A stretch of 63,752 nucleotides of DNA, filler included. It is 4 parts of 4 records of this genome, joined end to end, with 100 filler letters (N's around TTAATTAATTAA, not from the genome) between each part and the next. Parts side by side here need not be neighbours in the genome. Positions count along the whole stretch, not along the records: positions 26,732 to 50,303 come from SRR22947727_865; 3 more parts are not named here. One strand, 5' to 3'. Position numbers and translations under genes: made by a program. Under the pieces are notes generated by a model. It was not told the DNA's origin, made no database searches, and was given only the letters and a program-made list of their open reading frames with translations. Below, piece after piece: positions 31,594 to 42,748 of this stretch (the stretch's first letter is position 1; each line of letters begins with the position of its first letter).

Positions 31594-34500
31594 TTACTCC
31601 GGCCAAGCGCCTTTTGACAACACGGCTCCCACCTTCAGTTTTGAGGGATCGATTGCGACGTGTTTCACCCGCTGACGCATCCACGTGTAACTCATGTGAA
31701 CGAGGCCGTCTTTGGACTGAATCATCGCTGGGTAGGAAAATTCTCCTTTTTCTTCAAATTCAACAATCGCCGCCGCTTTCCAGATTTTGCCGTCATCGCT
31801 GATCGCCAGATTGAGTGTATTTCGCTTGCCCCAACCGTCTTTTCTGGCGCCACCGGTATGATTGTAAAGCAGCAGGTGCCGACCATCAGCAAGCGTCAGG
31901 GCTTCGATTCCCGAATTGTTGTTCGGCAAATCCATCGCTTTCAGCGAAGTCCAGGTTTCGCCATTGTCCTTTGAAGAACTCTCGACGATCACTTCGTTTT
32001 TCGAGCGGCTGAGCGCCTGAATGGTGCCGTCAGCATGCGTCAATAGACTCGGCTGAATAACTTGGAATGGCTGCTCTTTTTGCTCAATACGCTTCCACGA
32101 ATCTCCAATTTCCATTTTGTCGAAGTCGGAGAGAATTTCAAAATGATCACGCCAATCGCCGCCGTGTTCAGTCGACGATGGACACAGCAACTTTCCATTT
32201 GGCAGAAGGAGCGGCTTTGATCGGACGGGTCCGTGAATGGATTCCGGTAAACGGCGACGATCACGGAATGAACGACCACGATCATAACTGAGCATCACCT
32301 CGCCCCACCAATCGGCTGGGTTTGGGCCGACTTTAAAAAACAACATCGTCGGTTCATCGCCGGGAGGTTGAAAAAGAACTGGGTTCCAGCACGGATACCG
32401 CAATCCTTCGTGTTGGATTCCATTAGCTGCTTCCTGAGGAGACGACCAACCGCCGCCATCGTTGTAGCTCACCCAAATACCGACATCTTTGTCTTTCTCT
32501 CGCGTTCCGCCGAAAAATGCAGAAACGAGCCCTCGCGGGGTTTCGCAAATCGTCGAGGCGTGGCACTGCGGAAATTTTGCTTTTGTGAAAACGAAGTCTT
32601 CTTTCACAAGTCCCGGGAAACCCGCCGCTTCGGGTTTCTTCGGCTCGCGAGCCTTCAATTTGTCGGCGTCGAACTGAACGGTGTCTTCGTGTTTGATGAA
32701 ATAAATCCGTCCGTTCTCCGATCCCACGAGCAAGTCAGGCTTTCCGTTTTTATCGAAATCACACACCGCTGGGCTGCTTGTATGTCCCGCCACATTTCGC
32801 TTCGCGAGGTTGCCTATCTTTTTCAAAACGACTGTTCCAGGCTTGTCGCCATCCTTGCAATTCCGCCACCACGTTGCGTTTTCGGAGTTCGTCAGAACGT
32901 CGAGCCTTCCATCTCCATCCCAGTCAACAACTGCCAGCTTGTAACGTCCTGAACGCCCTGCCGATTGCTTATTGATCCGCAACGGCTGCAAATCTTCATT
33001 CAGAAAAATACGATCCGGCCCATCGCTTTTTTGTTCACGAAGCGTGAGATAACCTTCGCGATCCAACCCCACGATATCCATCGACTTGTCGCCATTCCAA
33101 TCAATCGCGATTGGCGTGGTGCGCCATTGAGTCGTGGGTTCGGAATCCGTTTTGTTCCACCAATACCAGTTGGGGTTGGTTTGTGGTTCGAGGTTGAGAG
33201 GTTGTTCGATCAATTGCAAAGCATCTGACATACTTTTCCCGTGCCCGATGTTCGGAGAGGTCTTTTCAAGTCGAACCAGCTTTCCCCAGATACCATTCAC
33301 CAAAAGATCAGGTTCTCTGTTAGAATCCCAATCAACTACACTCAGCGTCGTATATCCCCACTTAGCCTCAGCCGGTCCTTGAATTGAACCATTCGTTCCC
33401 GCTAAAATCCGAAATGGAGCATCACCAGTTTTAATCAACTTCACGTCTGACCACTTTGGACCGGAGTCGGTATTTCCCAGGTTTTCGAAAACTCCGATGT
33501 TTCCTGCAGTATTGCCTGAAACGATATCCTCATCGCCGTCACCATCCCAATCATAAGCAAACGGTGTCGCGAGCGCTCCAAATTTCAGCGTATCGGCCTC
33601 TTCTTTAAAATAGGCTGGCTGTGCAAATTCCGGCGTTCCCGCGTTCTTTTTACCGCCCACATTTTCCACCAAAGCAACGCGCCCATCCTCATCACCGACG
33701 ATCAAATCCATGTCGCCATCCTGATCCCAATCGAACGCAGTCGGTGTGATCATTTGCAAATCCATCACCAGCGGCTTGCCGTCGCTCGCGTTTAACTTTT
33801 CACCAGCCCCATAATTCGGCAACTTGCGCGTTCCGATGTTTTCAAAATAGGTGAAGCCGTCCATGAATTCACCGCAGAGCAGGTCCAAATCGCCGTCGTC
33901 ATCAAAGTCGGCAAAGTTCGGGCTAGGCCAGCCGTAAACGTCGACATCGCCGCCGCCGGCTTTGATTTTTTCCGCGTTTTTAGAATATTTTGGCTTCGCG
34001 TCGGTGCCTTCGTTTTCGACAAAATAAACGTAACCGTGAAGCGGACCATTGCGCCAGCGCCCGCTCGAGTCGTAGGCGTGATCCCACACGTAATCGGTCC
34101 AATCACCCACGCCGATGCACAAATCGTGATCACCATCGCCGTCGTAATCCACGTAGCGCCACATGTTTCCGCGCACTCCATTTTTGTGAACATTCGTTGT
34201 GGAATGAATCTTCGTTGGCTTGGCGAAATTGAATTTTCCATCGTCGCCGCGCACCATTTCGTAGCCTGGCTTTAAAATACGAGGCTTCCCGTCCACGTAG
34301 CTGACTTGGAAATTGTGGGTTGTTTTACCAATGTGAACCCCAGCTTTGAAAACCGGCATTTTCACCTTCGGGTCATCGCTCGTGTTTTCGAAATAATAGA
34401 CGCCATTGGTCGGTTTATCCGGACACGCCACGAGCAAATCAAAATCGCCATCACCGTCATAATCCATCGGCATCGGCCATGCCCACAGGCCAACTCCGAG

Positions 34501-34614
34501 ATCAACTTTGAGGCCAGGGTTGTTGTATTTCAGCGGTTGCAGCTTCCACTCGTCATCCGCCGAAAAAGCGGAGATCGCGAGTGCAGAAAATAGGCAAAAA
34601 AGCGGGGTTTTCAT
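31594..34614 (-). CDS. Secreted FG-GAP/VCBS-repeat protein fused to a C-terminal BNR (sialidase-fold) domain
   Basis: Signal peptide; many DxDGDGDxDL repeats; CHASTI, CWNPVLF, Asp-boxes SYDRGRSF/SKDNGETW/SDDGKIW and FSYP. Confidence 0.85.
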   Translation of the reverse strand: MKTPLFCLFSALAISAFSADDEWKLQPLKYNNPGLKVDLGVGLWAWPMPMDYDGDGDFDLLVACPDKPTNGVYYFENTSDDPKVKMPVFKAGVHIGKTTHNFQVSYVDGKPRILKPGYEMVRGDDGKFNFAKPTKIHSTTNVHKNGVRGNMWRYVDYDGDGDHDLCIGVGDWTDYVWDHAYDSSGRWRNGPLHGYVYFVENEGTDAKPKYSKNAEKIKAGGGDVDVYGWPSPNFADFDDDGDLDLLCGEFMDGFTYFENIGTRKLPNYGAGEKLNASDGKPLVMDLQMITPTAFDWDQDGDMDLIVGDEDGRVALVENVGGKKNAGTPEFAQPAYFKEEADTLKFGALATPFAYDWDGDGDEDIVSGNTAGNIGVFENLGNTDSGPKWSDVKLIKTGDAPFRILAGTNGSIQGPAEAKWGYTTLSVVDWDSNREPDLLVNGIWGKLVRLEKTSPNIGHGKSMSDALQLIEQPLNLEPQTNPNWYWWNKTDSEPTTQWRTTPIAIDWNGDKSMDIVGLDREGYLTLREQKSDGPDRIFLNEDLQPLRINKQSAGRSGRYKLAVVDWDGDGRLDVLTNSENATWWRNCKDGDKPGTVVLKKIGNLAKRNVAGHTSSPAVCDFDKNGKPDLLVGSENGRIYFIKHEDTVQFDADKLKAREPKKPEAAGFPGLVKEDFVFTKAKFPQCHASTICETPRGLVSAFFGGTREKDKDVGIWVSYNDGGGWSSPQEAANGIQHEGLRYPCWNPVLFQPPGDEPTMLFFKVGPNPADWWGEVMLSYDRGRSFRDRRRLPESIHGPVRSKPLLLPNGKLLCPSSTEHGGDWRDHFEILSDFDKMEIGDSWKRIEQKEQPFQVIQPSLLTHADGTIQALSRSKNEVIVESSSKDNGETWTSLKAMDLPNNNSGIEALTLADGRHLLLYNHTGGARKDGWGKRNTLNLAISDDGKIWKAAAIVEFEEKGEFSYPAMIQSKDGLVHMSYTWMRQRVKHVAIDPSKLKVGAVLSKGAWPE

Positions 34615-34635
34615 AGTGTGATTCGTTTTTAAAAA

Positions 34636-35337
34636 TTACTCAGCCCACCAGCGATCAGTGGATTCGTCGTCCGCTTCGGCAAGCGTCAGATCGAGGCTGT
34701 TTCTGATGTGACGCAGCATTGCGTCATGCGCGGAACTCGTTTCTCCAGATTGAATGGCCAAAGTAATTGCTTCGTGTTCAGTCTGGGTTTGCTCAAGAAT
34801 TTCGAGCTGAAACTCGTGGCGATCAGCTTGAAAAATTCGGGTCAAAATGTGAGAATCTCCCACGACTTTCACCATGCGGCGATTTCGCGAGGCTTCGATA
34901 ATCGTCATGTGAAATCCCAAATCCAGCGCGTGGAATTGTTTCGCAATTTCCTGACTCGCCGTCGCATTTCCCGATTTTCGGACATCTTCAACCAAGGCGG
35001 CTGATGCTTTCAAATTTTCGGTTAATTCCGCGATTTGCCGTTCGCTGATTCGTTCAGCAGCACGCGCCGCTGCATACGATTCCAACGCCTCCCGAAGCTC
35101 ATACAACTCAATGGCCTCATCTCGCGTCAGCTCGCGAACGACCGCTCCCAACTGAGGAACCAATTCGACAAATCCTTCACTGGCAAGTTGCCCCACCGCC
35201 TCGCGAACCGGCGTCGCACTGATCCCGATTTCTTTTCCAATCGTCCCATAAGAAAGCCTTGATCCAGGCGAAACCGTGCCATCCAGCAATTTTTTGCGAA
35301 TGTGGCGATAGGCCCGTTGTGAGTAATTAGCCGACAT
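34636..35337 (-). CDS. GntR/FCD family transcriptional regulator
   Basis: ISATPVREA..QLASEG wHTH; ELYELREALE, D..FH and EH..I motifs of FCD. Confidence 0.93.
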   Translation of the reverse strand: MSANYSQRAYRHIRKKLLDGTVSPGSRLSYGTIGKEIGISATPVREAVGQLASEGFVELVPQLGAVVRELTRDEAIELYELREALESYAAARAAERISERQIAELTENLKASAALVEDVRKSGNATASQEIAKQFHALDLGFHMTIIEASRNRRMVKVVGDSHILTRIFQADRHEFQLEILEQTQTEHEAITLAIQSGETSSAHDAMLRHIRNSLDLTLAEADDESTDRWWAE

Positions 35338-35409
35338 GGATATAGAAGCCTATAGAGTTCATCAAAAATTCATGCAAGCAAAATGCAGCCTGCTACGCGA
35401 TTACGCAAA

Positions 35410-35479
35410 TCACGATCCAATAGGGTTCGATCAATGAACCAATACGGTAAGTTCGACGAACAGACCCTGTTGCTTCGTA
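35410..35479. repeat. 22-bp-unit repeat, locus 2 (3 units)
   Basis: gatccaatagggttcgatcaat / gaaccaatacggtaagttcgac / gaacagaccctgttgcttcgta. Confidence 0.8.
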
Positions 35480-35652
35480 CGTGAGATGCAAGTTCAACAC
35501 TCGGCCTCGTTTTGACAAAAAAAGACATGCCAAGCCACAAAAACCGGCCGAAAAATGAGTCTTTTTATGAAGTCAGAATTGTAGTATATTTATTTCCCCG
35601 CAAATTAGAGGTTGCGGCTTGGGATTGAACATTTTCGAAACAACAACAGGTT

Positions 35653-36741
35653 ATGAGTGAAGGATCAACAGCTCCGGTAGCTGCAAAAAACAACACAGGC
35701 ACGATCGCATTGGTCGTTGCTGGAATCTTACTGTTTGTCGTTTGCGCGATGCTCTACAAAGACGTCGTAGACTCAAAACTGGAGAAAGAACGAGCCAGTT
35801 GGGGAGACCGCCCACAGCAGCCTTACGCGCAAAATCAGCAAAACGGTTATGCCCAGCAGGGACAACAAGGGCAGCAGTTTGCGCCACAAAATCCAAATGG
35901 ACAGTTTACGCAAGGGCAGCAACAGCCTTACCAAAACCCCAACCAGCAACAACCTTACCAAAATCAGGGTAACCAGAATTATCAACCTCCGGTGGTAAAA
36001 AACAGTCAGAATCCGGCAGGTGCACCAGCAGCCGTAACTCCACCACCGGTTGATGTTTTTACCGGTGGCACCACACCAGCGGCTCCTGCACCTCCAAGTC
36101 CAGAACTTGAGCGCCGCAAACGGGAACTTGAGCAACGCCGCCAGGAACAAATGATCGCGCACCAGCAAATCGCGGCGCTTCGCAATGGAGGTTCTACACC
36201 GATCACGTCGAGCGAGACAGGTATCACTCCACCGCCCGGTTTTCCATTAGCAAGTAATCCCGGGTCAGCAGTGGTGTCCGCCGGGGGAAGACCGGGAACT
36301 ATTGTTCCCAGTGGTTCGGAAGCAACCGGCGGAGTCGCTTACGGCGAAGAGCTTCTGAAATCGATTGACCCGACTACTATGTCTCCGGAAAAGTATCTGG
36401 AGTATAAAACGAAGGTCGCAGCCGATGCCGCGAAAATCCGTAAAGAAATCCAGAAACAGGACGCCGCGATTGCCCGCGTTCAGAATTCACCCGCGATCGC
36501 TCAGGTGAAATTGTATGACTCCCAGTGGAACTTTGTAGAGATCAACGGTGGAAAAGATCGCAACCTTCAGATGAAGCAGCGGCTCACAATTCGCCGCGGA
36601 ACGAAAATTCTTGGCGTGATCGAAATCACTGAACTGGGTGATGATTACGCCGTTGGAGAGCTCAAAACTGCCAACAGCCGCCGCGACGACAAATTGAAGC
36701 CGCAAGCCGGGGATGATTTGATTCCCGCAGAGCTTTTTTGA
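35653..36741 (+). CDS. Hypothetical membrane-anchored Q/P-rich protein
   Basis: N-terminal TM, Q/N-rich low-complexity linker, coiled coil, small beta domain (WNFVEINGG). Confidence 0.75.
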   Translation: MSEGSTAPVAAKNNTGTIALVVAGILLFVVCAMLYKDVVDSKLEKERASWGDRPQQPYAQNQQNGYAQQGQQGQQFAPQNPNGQFTQGQQQPYQNPNQQQPYQNQGNQNYQPPVVKNSQNPAGAPAAVTPPPVDVFTGGTTPAAPAPPSPELERRKRELEQRRQEQMIAHQQIAALRNGGSTPITSSETGITPPPGFPLASNPGSAVVSAGGRPGTIVPSGSEATGGVAYGEELLKSIDPTTMSPEKYLEYKTKVAADAAKIRKEIQKQDAAIARVQNSPAIAQVKLYDSQWNFVEINGGKDRNLQMKQRLTIRRGTKILGVIEITELGDDYAVGELKTANSRRDDKLKPQAGDDLIPAELF

Positions 36742-36786
36742 CAAACGGGCTCCCCTTCCCTATCGGTGTCGAAGAAAACGAAATTC

Positions 36787-37323
36787 ATGATTCTTTCCGA
36801 CGCCGAAATTCTCGAAGCCATCAACGATGGAAATATTGTGGTCGATCCCTACGACCGCGACTGTCTGGGCACGAACAGCTACGATGTCCACCTTTCCAAG
36901 CACCTCGCCACGTATTCAAATCGCGTGCTGGACGCCAAGAAACACAACAAGATCGAGCATTTCGAAATCCCGCCCGAAGGCTTTGTTTTGGAGCCGCAAA
37001 TCAATTATCTCGGTTCGACCGTCGAATACACCGAGACGCATAACACGGTGCCTTTCCTCGAAGGAAAAAGCAGTGTCGGCCGCCTCGGAATGGACATTCA
37101 CGCGACGGCAGGAAAAGGCGACGTTGGGTTTTGCAATCACTGGACACTTGAGATTTCCGTAAAACAGCCCGTTCGCGTTTACGAAGGCATGCCGGTTGGG
37201 CAGCTGATTTATTTCAAGGTTTCCGGAGAAGTCCTGACGCCTTACAGCTCGAAAAAATCTGCAAAATACAACGAACGCACTCCACTTCCGGTTGAGTCGA
37301 TGATGTGGAAGAATAAGTTCTGA
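36787..37323 (+). CDS. dcd: dCTP deaminase
   Basis: MILSD, NSYDVHL, EGKSSVGRLG, GDVGF..HWTLEI and GQL motifs; alternative GTG start at 36766. Confidence 0.93.
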   Translation: MILSDAEILEAINDGNIVVDPYDRDCLGTNSYDVHLSKHLATYSNRVLDAKKHNKIEHFEIPPEGFVLEPQINYLGSTVEYTETHNTVPFLEGKSSVGRLGMDIHATAGKGDVGFCNHWTLEISVKQPVRVYEGMPVGQLIYFKVSGEVLTPYSSKKSAKYNERTPLPVESMMWKNKF

Positions 37324-37341
37324 GAAGTCGTAGCGTCGACC

Positions 37342-39249
37342 TCAGGCAGCACTCACAACCTCAAGCTCGGCCCGTTCTTCCGGCGGCTCTTCTTCGATCA
37401 CATCCGATTCCACCTTCAGGTTTTTGATGATGAATTCCTGACGTTGCGGCGTGTTTTTGCCCATGTAAAACGTTAGCAATTCTTCGACCGAACGATTTCG
37501 AGTCGGCATCTCGACCTGGTCGAGACGAATATCTTCGTCGATGAACAACGCAAATTCGTCGGGTGAAATTTCTCCAAGTCCCTTAAATCGAGTGATTTCA
37601 GGATTTGGCTTCAGCGCTTCAATCGCATTGACGCGTTCTTCATCGGTGTAGCAATAGCGCGTCTCTTTTTTATTCCGGACGCGGAAAAGTGGCGTTTCGA
37701 GAATGTAGAGATGGCCCTCGCGAATGAGGTCAGGGAAGAATTGAAGGAAAAATGTCAGCGTCAAAAGTCTAATGTGCATGCCATCAACATCGGCATCGGT
37801 CGCGAGAATAACCTTTTTATAACGAAGGCTTTCAAGGCCGTTCTCGATATCCAACGCGGACTGAAGCAGGTGAAATTCCTCGTTTTGATAGACCACCGAA
37901 CGAGACATGCCGAATGTGTTAAGCGGCTTTCCCCGAAGCGAAAATACGGCCTGGGTTTCCACATTTCGCGATTTCGTGATCGAACCGGAAGCGGAATCAC
38001 CCTCGGTAATGAAAATCATCGTGTCATTCGCTCGCTTGTGGGACGAATTAAAATGCGCCTTGCAATCGCGCAGCTTTTTGTTGTGAACGCGCGCCGTTTT
38101 CGAACGCTCGCGGGCCATTTTCTTAATACCCTTCAGCTCTTTGCGCTCATGCTCAGAGCGCTGAATTTTATCGAGCATTTGCTCGGCCGTTTCCTTGCGG
38201 CGATGCATCAAGTTATCCAAATGCTGGCCGACAAAGTTACCAATAAATGACCGAATCGACTCACCATCAGGAGCCATGTGAGTCGATCCCAACTTCGTTT
38301 TTGTCTGCGATTCAAAAACAGGATCTTCAATTTTCACAGCAATCGCCGCGACGATTCCCGAACGAATATCGACCGCATCGTACTGCTTTTTAAAGTGAGT
38401 CCGCACCGTTGAAACAATCGCCTCGCGAAAAGACGCGAGATGCGTTCCACCCATGGTGGTGTGCTGGCCATTCACGAAAGAGTAATATTCCTCGCCGTTT
38501 TGCTCAGTGTGGGAAAATGCGATTTCGATGTCCGGTCCCGAAAGGTGAACCGTCGGGTAGATCGTCTCCGCTTTGCTTTCCTCAAGGTTTTCAGTCAGCA
38601 AATCGAGCAATCCATTCTGCGATTTGAACTTCTTACCGTTCAACGTCAGAGTCAGACCCGTATTCAGATACGAGTAGTTTCGCATCATTGTTTCGATCGT
38701 CGCCATGTCCCAGTTGAACGTATCGAAAATTTCCTCATCTGGCTGAAAAACGACCAGTGTCCCGTTTTTCTCCCTCGTTTTGCGGGAACGTTTCATTTCC
38801 TCGACGACCAGGCCTTTGGCGAATTCCATCGCGCGGGTCTCGCCTTCGCGGAAACTCTGGATTTCAAAAAATCCGGACAAAAAGTTAACGGCTTTGATAC
38901 CGACACCATTCAGGCCGACCGATTTCTTAAACGCCTCCGAATCGTATTTTGCGCCTGTATTGATGATCGATGCACAATCCATCAACTTTCCCAATGGAAT
39001 GCCGCGGCCGTAGTCTCGAACGCGCATGCATTTATCTTCCAGCTCAATCTCAATGACCTTGCCGTGGCCCATCACGAACTCATCAATGCAGTTATCGATC
39101 GTCTCTTTCAGCAACACGTAAATACCGTCGTCCGACGAAGTTCCGTCTCCCAGCTTTCCGATGTACATCCCCGGTCGCAGGCGAATGTGTTCACGCGGCT
39201 CCAACGTGCGGATTTGGTCTTCAGTGTATTTTGGCTCGTTCGCAGGCAT
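37342..39249 (-). CDS. parE: DNA topoisomerase IV subunit B (type IIA B subunit)
   Basis: [53 protein letters not shown] and RFKGLGE motifs. Confidence 0.88.
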   Translation of the reverse strand: MPANEPKYTEDQIRTLEPREHIRLRPGMYIGKLGDGTSSDDGIYVLLKETIDNCIDEFVMGHGKVIEIELEDKCMRVRDYGRGIPLGKLMDCASIINTGAKYDSEAFKKSVGLNGVGIKAVNFLSGFFEIQSFREGETRAMEFAKGLVVEEMKRSRKTREKNGTLVVFQPDEEIFDTFNWDMATIETMMRNYSYLNTGLTLTLNGKKFKSQNGLLDLLTENLEESKAETIYPTVHLSGPDIEIAFSHTEQNGEEYYSFVNGQHTTMGGTHLASFREAIVSTVRTHFKKQYDAVDIRSGIVAAIAVKIEDPVFESQTKTKLGSTHMAPDGESIRSFIGNFVGQHLDNLMHRRKETAEQMLDKIQRSEHERKELKGIKKMARERSKTARVHNKKLRDCKAHFNSSHKRANDTMIFITEGDSASGSITKSRNVETQAVFSLRGKPLNTFGMSRSVVYQNEEFHLLQSALDIENGLESLRYKKVILATDADVDGMHIRLLTLTFFLQFFPDLIREGHLYILETPLFRVRNKKETRYCYTDEERVNAIEALKPNPEITRFKGLGEISPDEFALFIDEDIRLDQVEMPTRNRSVEELLTFYMGKNTPQRQEFIIKNLKVESDVIEEEPPEERAELEVVSAA

Positions 39250-39344
39250 ATCCTTGGCAGAAAAGTTACCCAACAGTATTTAGGAAAAGTTAAACAAATG
39301 CAACCTTTCCCTTCATCCTACCAGAAATAAGCCCAGACGTAAAA

Positions 39345-39611
39345 TCACGACTCCTTCTCCGCCAGCATATCACGAGCCCAATCGAGCGCTTTATCCAAGC
39401 TGCAACGCTCTAAAAAATGCTCCAGGCGAAAGGGGATCCGGTCTTTCAGCTGAACGTGAAGTTCACCAATCGCCTCTGATACATTTTTTAACTGCTCCAA
39501 CTGCGCATCCGGGTCATTTTCCCGCAATTCCGAATCCCCAATCACGGAAATCCGTTGTTCTAACAGCGCAACCAGTTCGGAAATTTCAGCAGATGAAGCA
39601 GGATCAGACAT
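39345..39611 (-). CDS. Small hypothetical protein
   Basis: Helical ORF containing RLEHFLERCSLDKAL. Confidence 0.65.
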   Translation of the reverse strand: MSDPASSAEISELVALLEQRISVIGDSELRENDPDAQLEQLKNVSEAIGELHVQLKDRIPFRLEHFLERCSLDKALDWARDMLAEKES

Positions 39612-39714
39612 TTCACGAATCAACAGGGTATGATCGATGAATCAACCCTATTTGATCGAAATGGCTTTTCCAATCAATAGAGTTCGATCATCGAACCGAT
39701 ACTGTTGGATCAAA
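39611..39714. repeat. 22-bp-unit repeat, locus 3 (4 units)
   Basis: Units at 39617, 39639, 39671 and 39693; 10-bp linker atggcttttc resembles the locus-1 linker aaggcatttc. Confidence 0.8.
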
Positions 39715-39803
39715 AATCGCAATTTCTCAACAATGAAAAGTTTAACTAATTCTAAGTTTCACCTTTCATAACCGATGATCTGTGCCCTCATTTTGAACAA
39801 GTC

Positions 39804-41073
39804 ATGAAGAATCCCCCCCCTAATCATTTTAATTTTCTTTAGTATCACCGCACACGCCCAACTTGGAGGCTTGCCGCTCGGAGGAGCAGTGAACAATGTT
39901 ACTAATTCAGCGAATTCAGTGGTTTCAACCGCGACCGGCACGCTGAATTCTCAACTCCAAAATTTGACCGGATTTCAAATCGATGGCGCCCTGACATCCT
40001 TGGGGCCAAGCCGGACATTGGTTTTCAGCCCTACAATTGTTGAAGCCCTCTCCGCAAACGGCCTGCCAGCTCCGACAGCTCAACAAATTGGATCGTTTCA
40101 GGGCCTCACGGCAGCAACCCGTGAGATTGGTGGCCGACTTGCCGCTTTGCGGACCGGACGTTATCTCACCAGCTCCAGAAATGCACGGGCCAATGAGTTT
40201 TCTGGCTCAAAAAATCCAAAAAGTGAAATTACGATGCTCGATGATGGTCGTTGGTTCGAAATTCTCGTTCAGGGTGATGCAATGGATTTGGATCTCGATA
40301 ATTTTGGCGCCGCAGACACGCTGGATCTCCGAACCTACGCAGCTTCAGTCGCGGTAGAGTACCACCCCAATCGGTATCAGGCACTCGGTGTTGCCGGATC
40401 ATGGACTGAAACCGATGCGCAGCTCGGAAACGGCCTTGGCGACCCGCAAGTAAATGGTGCCGTGATTTCTGCGTATGGTTCGTGGTATGACGGCCCATTT
40501 TACGTGGACGGCCTGATCGCCTGCGGCAAGATGCGGCACGATATTTCACGTACGGCACTGAACAAGCGCACCGCATTTTCTGATACAGAAAGCAATTCAC
40601 TTTCCCTTCAAGCAAACACCGGAGCAAATCTCGAAGTTGGAAAATCAGTTACGGGACTTTATTTGAGCGCCGAATACACGCGTTCGGAGATCGATTCGTA
40701 TTCAGAAAGTGGAGCGGGTCTTTTTAATATCGCGGTGAATGATCATGAGTCGGACTCTCTCAGTTCAGATCTCGGCTGACAGGTTGCGGTTCCGATTGAA
40801 ACAGCGACGGGCTATTTTGCGCCTCACGTTCGGGTTGGTTAGGGGCATCAATATTTGCACAGCGACAAACCAGTCACGGCAACCTTGGTGTCCTTTCCAG
40901 CAAATACGTTATCGGCTAAACCCGTTGCGTCAGAGGACGATTATTTGATTTGGGGGGCAGGATTTATCCTCAGCAAAAATGAAAAATTCGATTTTCTCCT
41001 CGATTTCGAAACCGAGATTGCCGAAGACTTTTTGAAACAAGCGGGCACAATCTCACTTCGACTCCCCTTTTGA
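39804..41073 (+). pseudogene. Autotransporter beta-barrel protein, disrupted
   Basis: +1 frameshift in a C8 tract (39813-39820) inside the signal peptide; in-frame TGA 40777 and TAG 40840; barrel motifs (IDSYSESG, G*GHQY) and terminal Phe. Confidence 0.85.
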
Positions 41074-41426
41074 CTGCGCGAATGCGAAATTCAGCCCTGC
41101 CATTTTTCGCTCGACGATGGCGGCAACATTGATTGCCGTTCTCGACGTTCCGACCCGGAGCCTCATCAAGATCGTTGATACTGATCGCAGGGATCCCGCA
41201 AAACCCATGCGAATCCTCGAAACCCTGCGCCCCGGTTTTCGATACGCTTCTGATCTGAATGTTGCTTCCACCAGTATAAGGAAGCCTGAGGTTCGGGTTG
41301 GCTGACCGTAAAATTTTCCCGTTCCGATCGAACCGCAATAAAAGACCGGCAGACGCCTGTCAGCCCCACTAATTCGCAACGACGTTTTCTCTGGGATTCA
41401 AAGAATGAGCCCTGACGCTACTTTGC

Positions 41427-41461
41427 GGGGTTGACTCATCAATCAAACCCTGTTGAATTGA
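41427..41461. repeat. Degenerate copy of the 22-bp-unit repeat, locus 4
   Basis: gggttgactcatc-aatcaaaccctgttgaattga. Confidence 0.5.
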
Positions 41462-41473
41462 GGCAACACAAAT

Positions 41474-42520
41474 TTGCACCTTTTGCCCGGTCCCAAACCA
41501 GACCTGCCGGTCTCGATCGTCATGCCAGCCCGCAATGCGGAGGCGACGATTGGCATGGCTATTCAAAGTTGTCTTTCGCAAACATTGCCGAATTTCGAGC
41601 TCATTCTGGTCGATCACAGCTCCACTGACGGGACTTATTCCCTGATGAAAAAATTCGCGCGGCAGGACTCCCGCGTGCAAGTGGTGAAAGCAAGATCCGG
41701 ATCCAGCTTCATCTCGGCCGCCAATCAAGCGTGGCATGAAGCCCAGGGAGAGCTAATCGCGCGGATGGATTCCGATGATTTCGCTTATTCTGCAAAATTA
41801 CAGCACCAAGTCCGCTTTTTAGCCGAAAATCCCGACTTGGGAGCCTGCGCGACTCAAGTTCGCATTCGAAAGCGCGCTGGCGGTGGGCCGCCTGATAAAG
41901 GCTACGCAGATTACGAAACGTGGATCAACAGTGTTGTTTCTCCCGCTGACATCGCGAATCAGCGTTTTATCGATAGCCCGATCCCGAATCCCACAGCTCT
42001 CATTCGGCGATCGGTGTTGGAAAAATTCGATGGCTACGCTGATCGCGTTTGGGCGGAAGACTATGATCTCTGGCTTCGATTAATGGAAGCCGGAGTGGTC
42101 ATAGGAAAAGTGGAGCGCGTTCTGCTGGATTGGTATGACAGCGATTCCCGCGCCACCCGTCAGCAATCCCGCTATTCGTTGGAGAATTTTCAGCTCGCCA
42201 AAGCGCACTACCTCGCTCGCCTCGATCCGGTTATCGAAAAAGGTGTCGCGATTTGCGGAGCCGGCCCCATTGGAAAACGAATCGCCAAAATGCTGAAAGC
42301 GGAAGGAATTTTCATCGAAGTTTTTTTTGAAGTGAATGAGAAACAGATCGGAAACCAGATCGGCGGCGTTCCCGTGATCGGTAGTGAAGGTATGGCAGAA
42401 ATGAAAAACCGCGTAATCCTGCTCGGTGCTGTTGGCAGTCCCGGCGGCCGGCAGCGAATCCGCGACCTCGCCCTTCCTCTTGGATTTATCGAAGGCGAAG
42501 ATTTTTTCTGCGTTGCCTAA
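41474..42520 (+). CDS. Glycosyltransferase family 2
   Basis: VSIVMPARN, VDHSSTDGT, IARMDSDD and AEDYDLWLR motifs; C-terminal GAGPIG Rossmann-like domain. Confidence 0.92.
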   Translation: MHLLPGPKPDLPVSIVMPARNAEATIGMAIQSCLSQTLPNFELILVDHSSTDGTYSLMKKFARQDSRVQVVKARSGSSFISAANQAWHEAQGELIARMDSDDFAYSAKLQHQVRFLAENPDLGACATQVRIRKRAGGGPPDKGYADYETWINSVVSPADIANQRFIDSPIPNPTALIRRSVLEKFDGYADRVWAEDYDLWLRLMEAGVVIGKVERVLLDWYDSDSRATRQQSRYSLENFQLAKAHYLARLDPVIEKGVAICGAGPIGKRIAKMLKAEGIFIEVFFEVNEKQIGNQIGGVPVIGSEGMAEMKNRVILLGAVGSPGGRQRIRDLALPLGFIEGEDFFCVA

Positions 42521-42748
42521 AGCGGGGAAAACCTCGCATTTTTGATAAGTTTTTTAAAATCTTCTCTTTTTTTGATAAAAATCCTTGAGGTTTTTTAAAG
42601 TTAAGAGAAGCAACAACAAGAGCGAAACACCCTGCAAAGTTAGCCCCCTGTTTCGCCCTTCCCAGTCTCCAAAGCCCTGTGCTAATGGGATTTGAGAGTG
42701 AAAGTTCAAAATAACTAAAATATCGTCAAACCCAACTCATCTCATATT

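Noticed and set aside
38440-39330. Long antisense ORFs (e.g. 38440-39330, 15898-16656, 7967-8599)
   Set aside because: Shadow frames opposite well-conserved genes (parE, DEAD-box helicase, ilvD).
41053-41400. Several overlapping short ORFs downstream of the autotransporter
   Set aside because: No recognisable motif, RBS or preferred frame.
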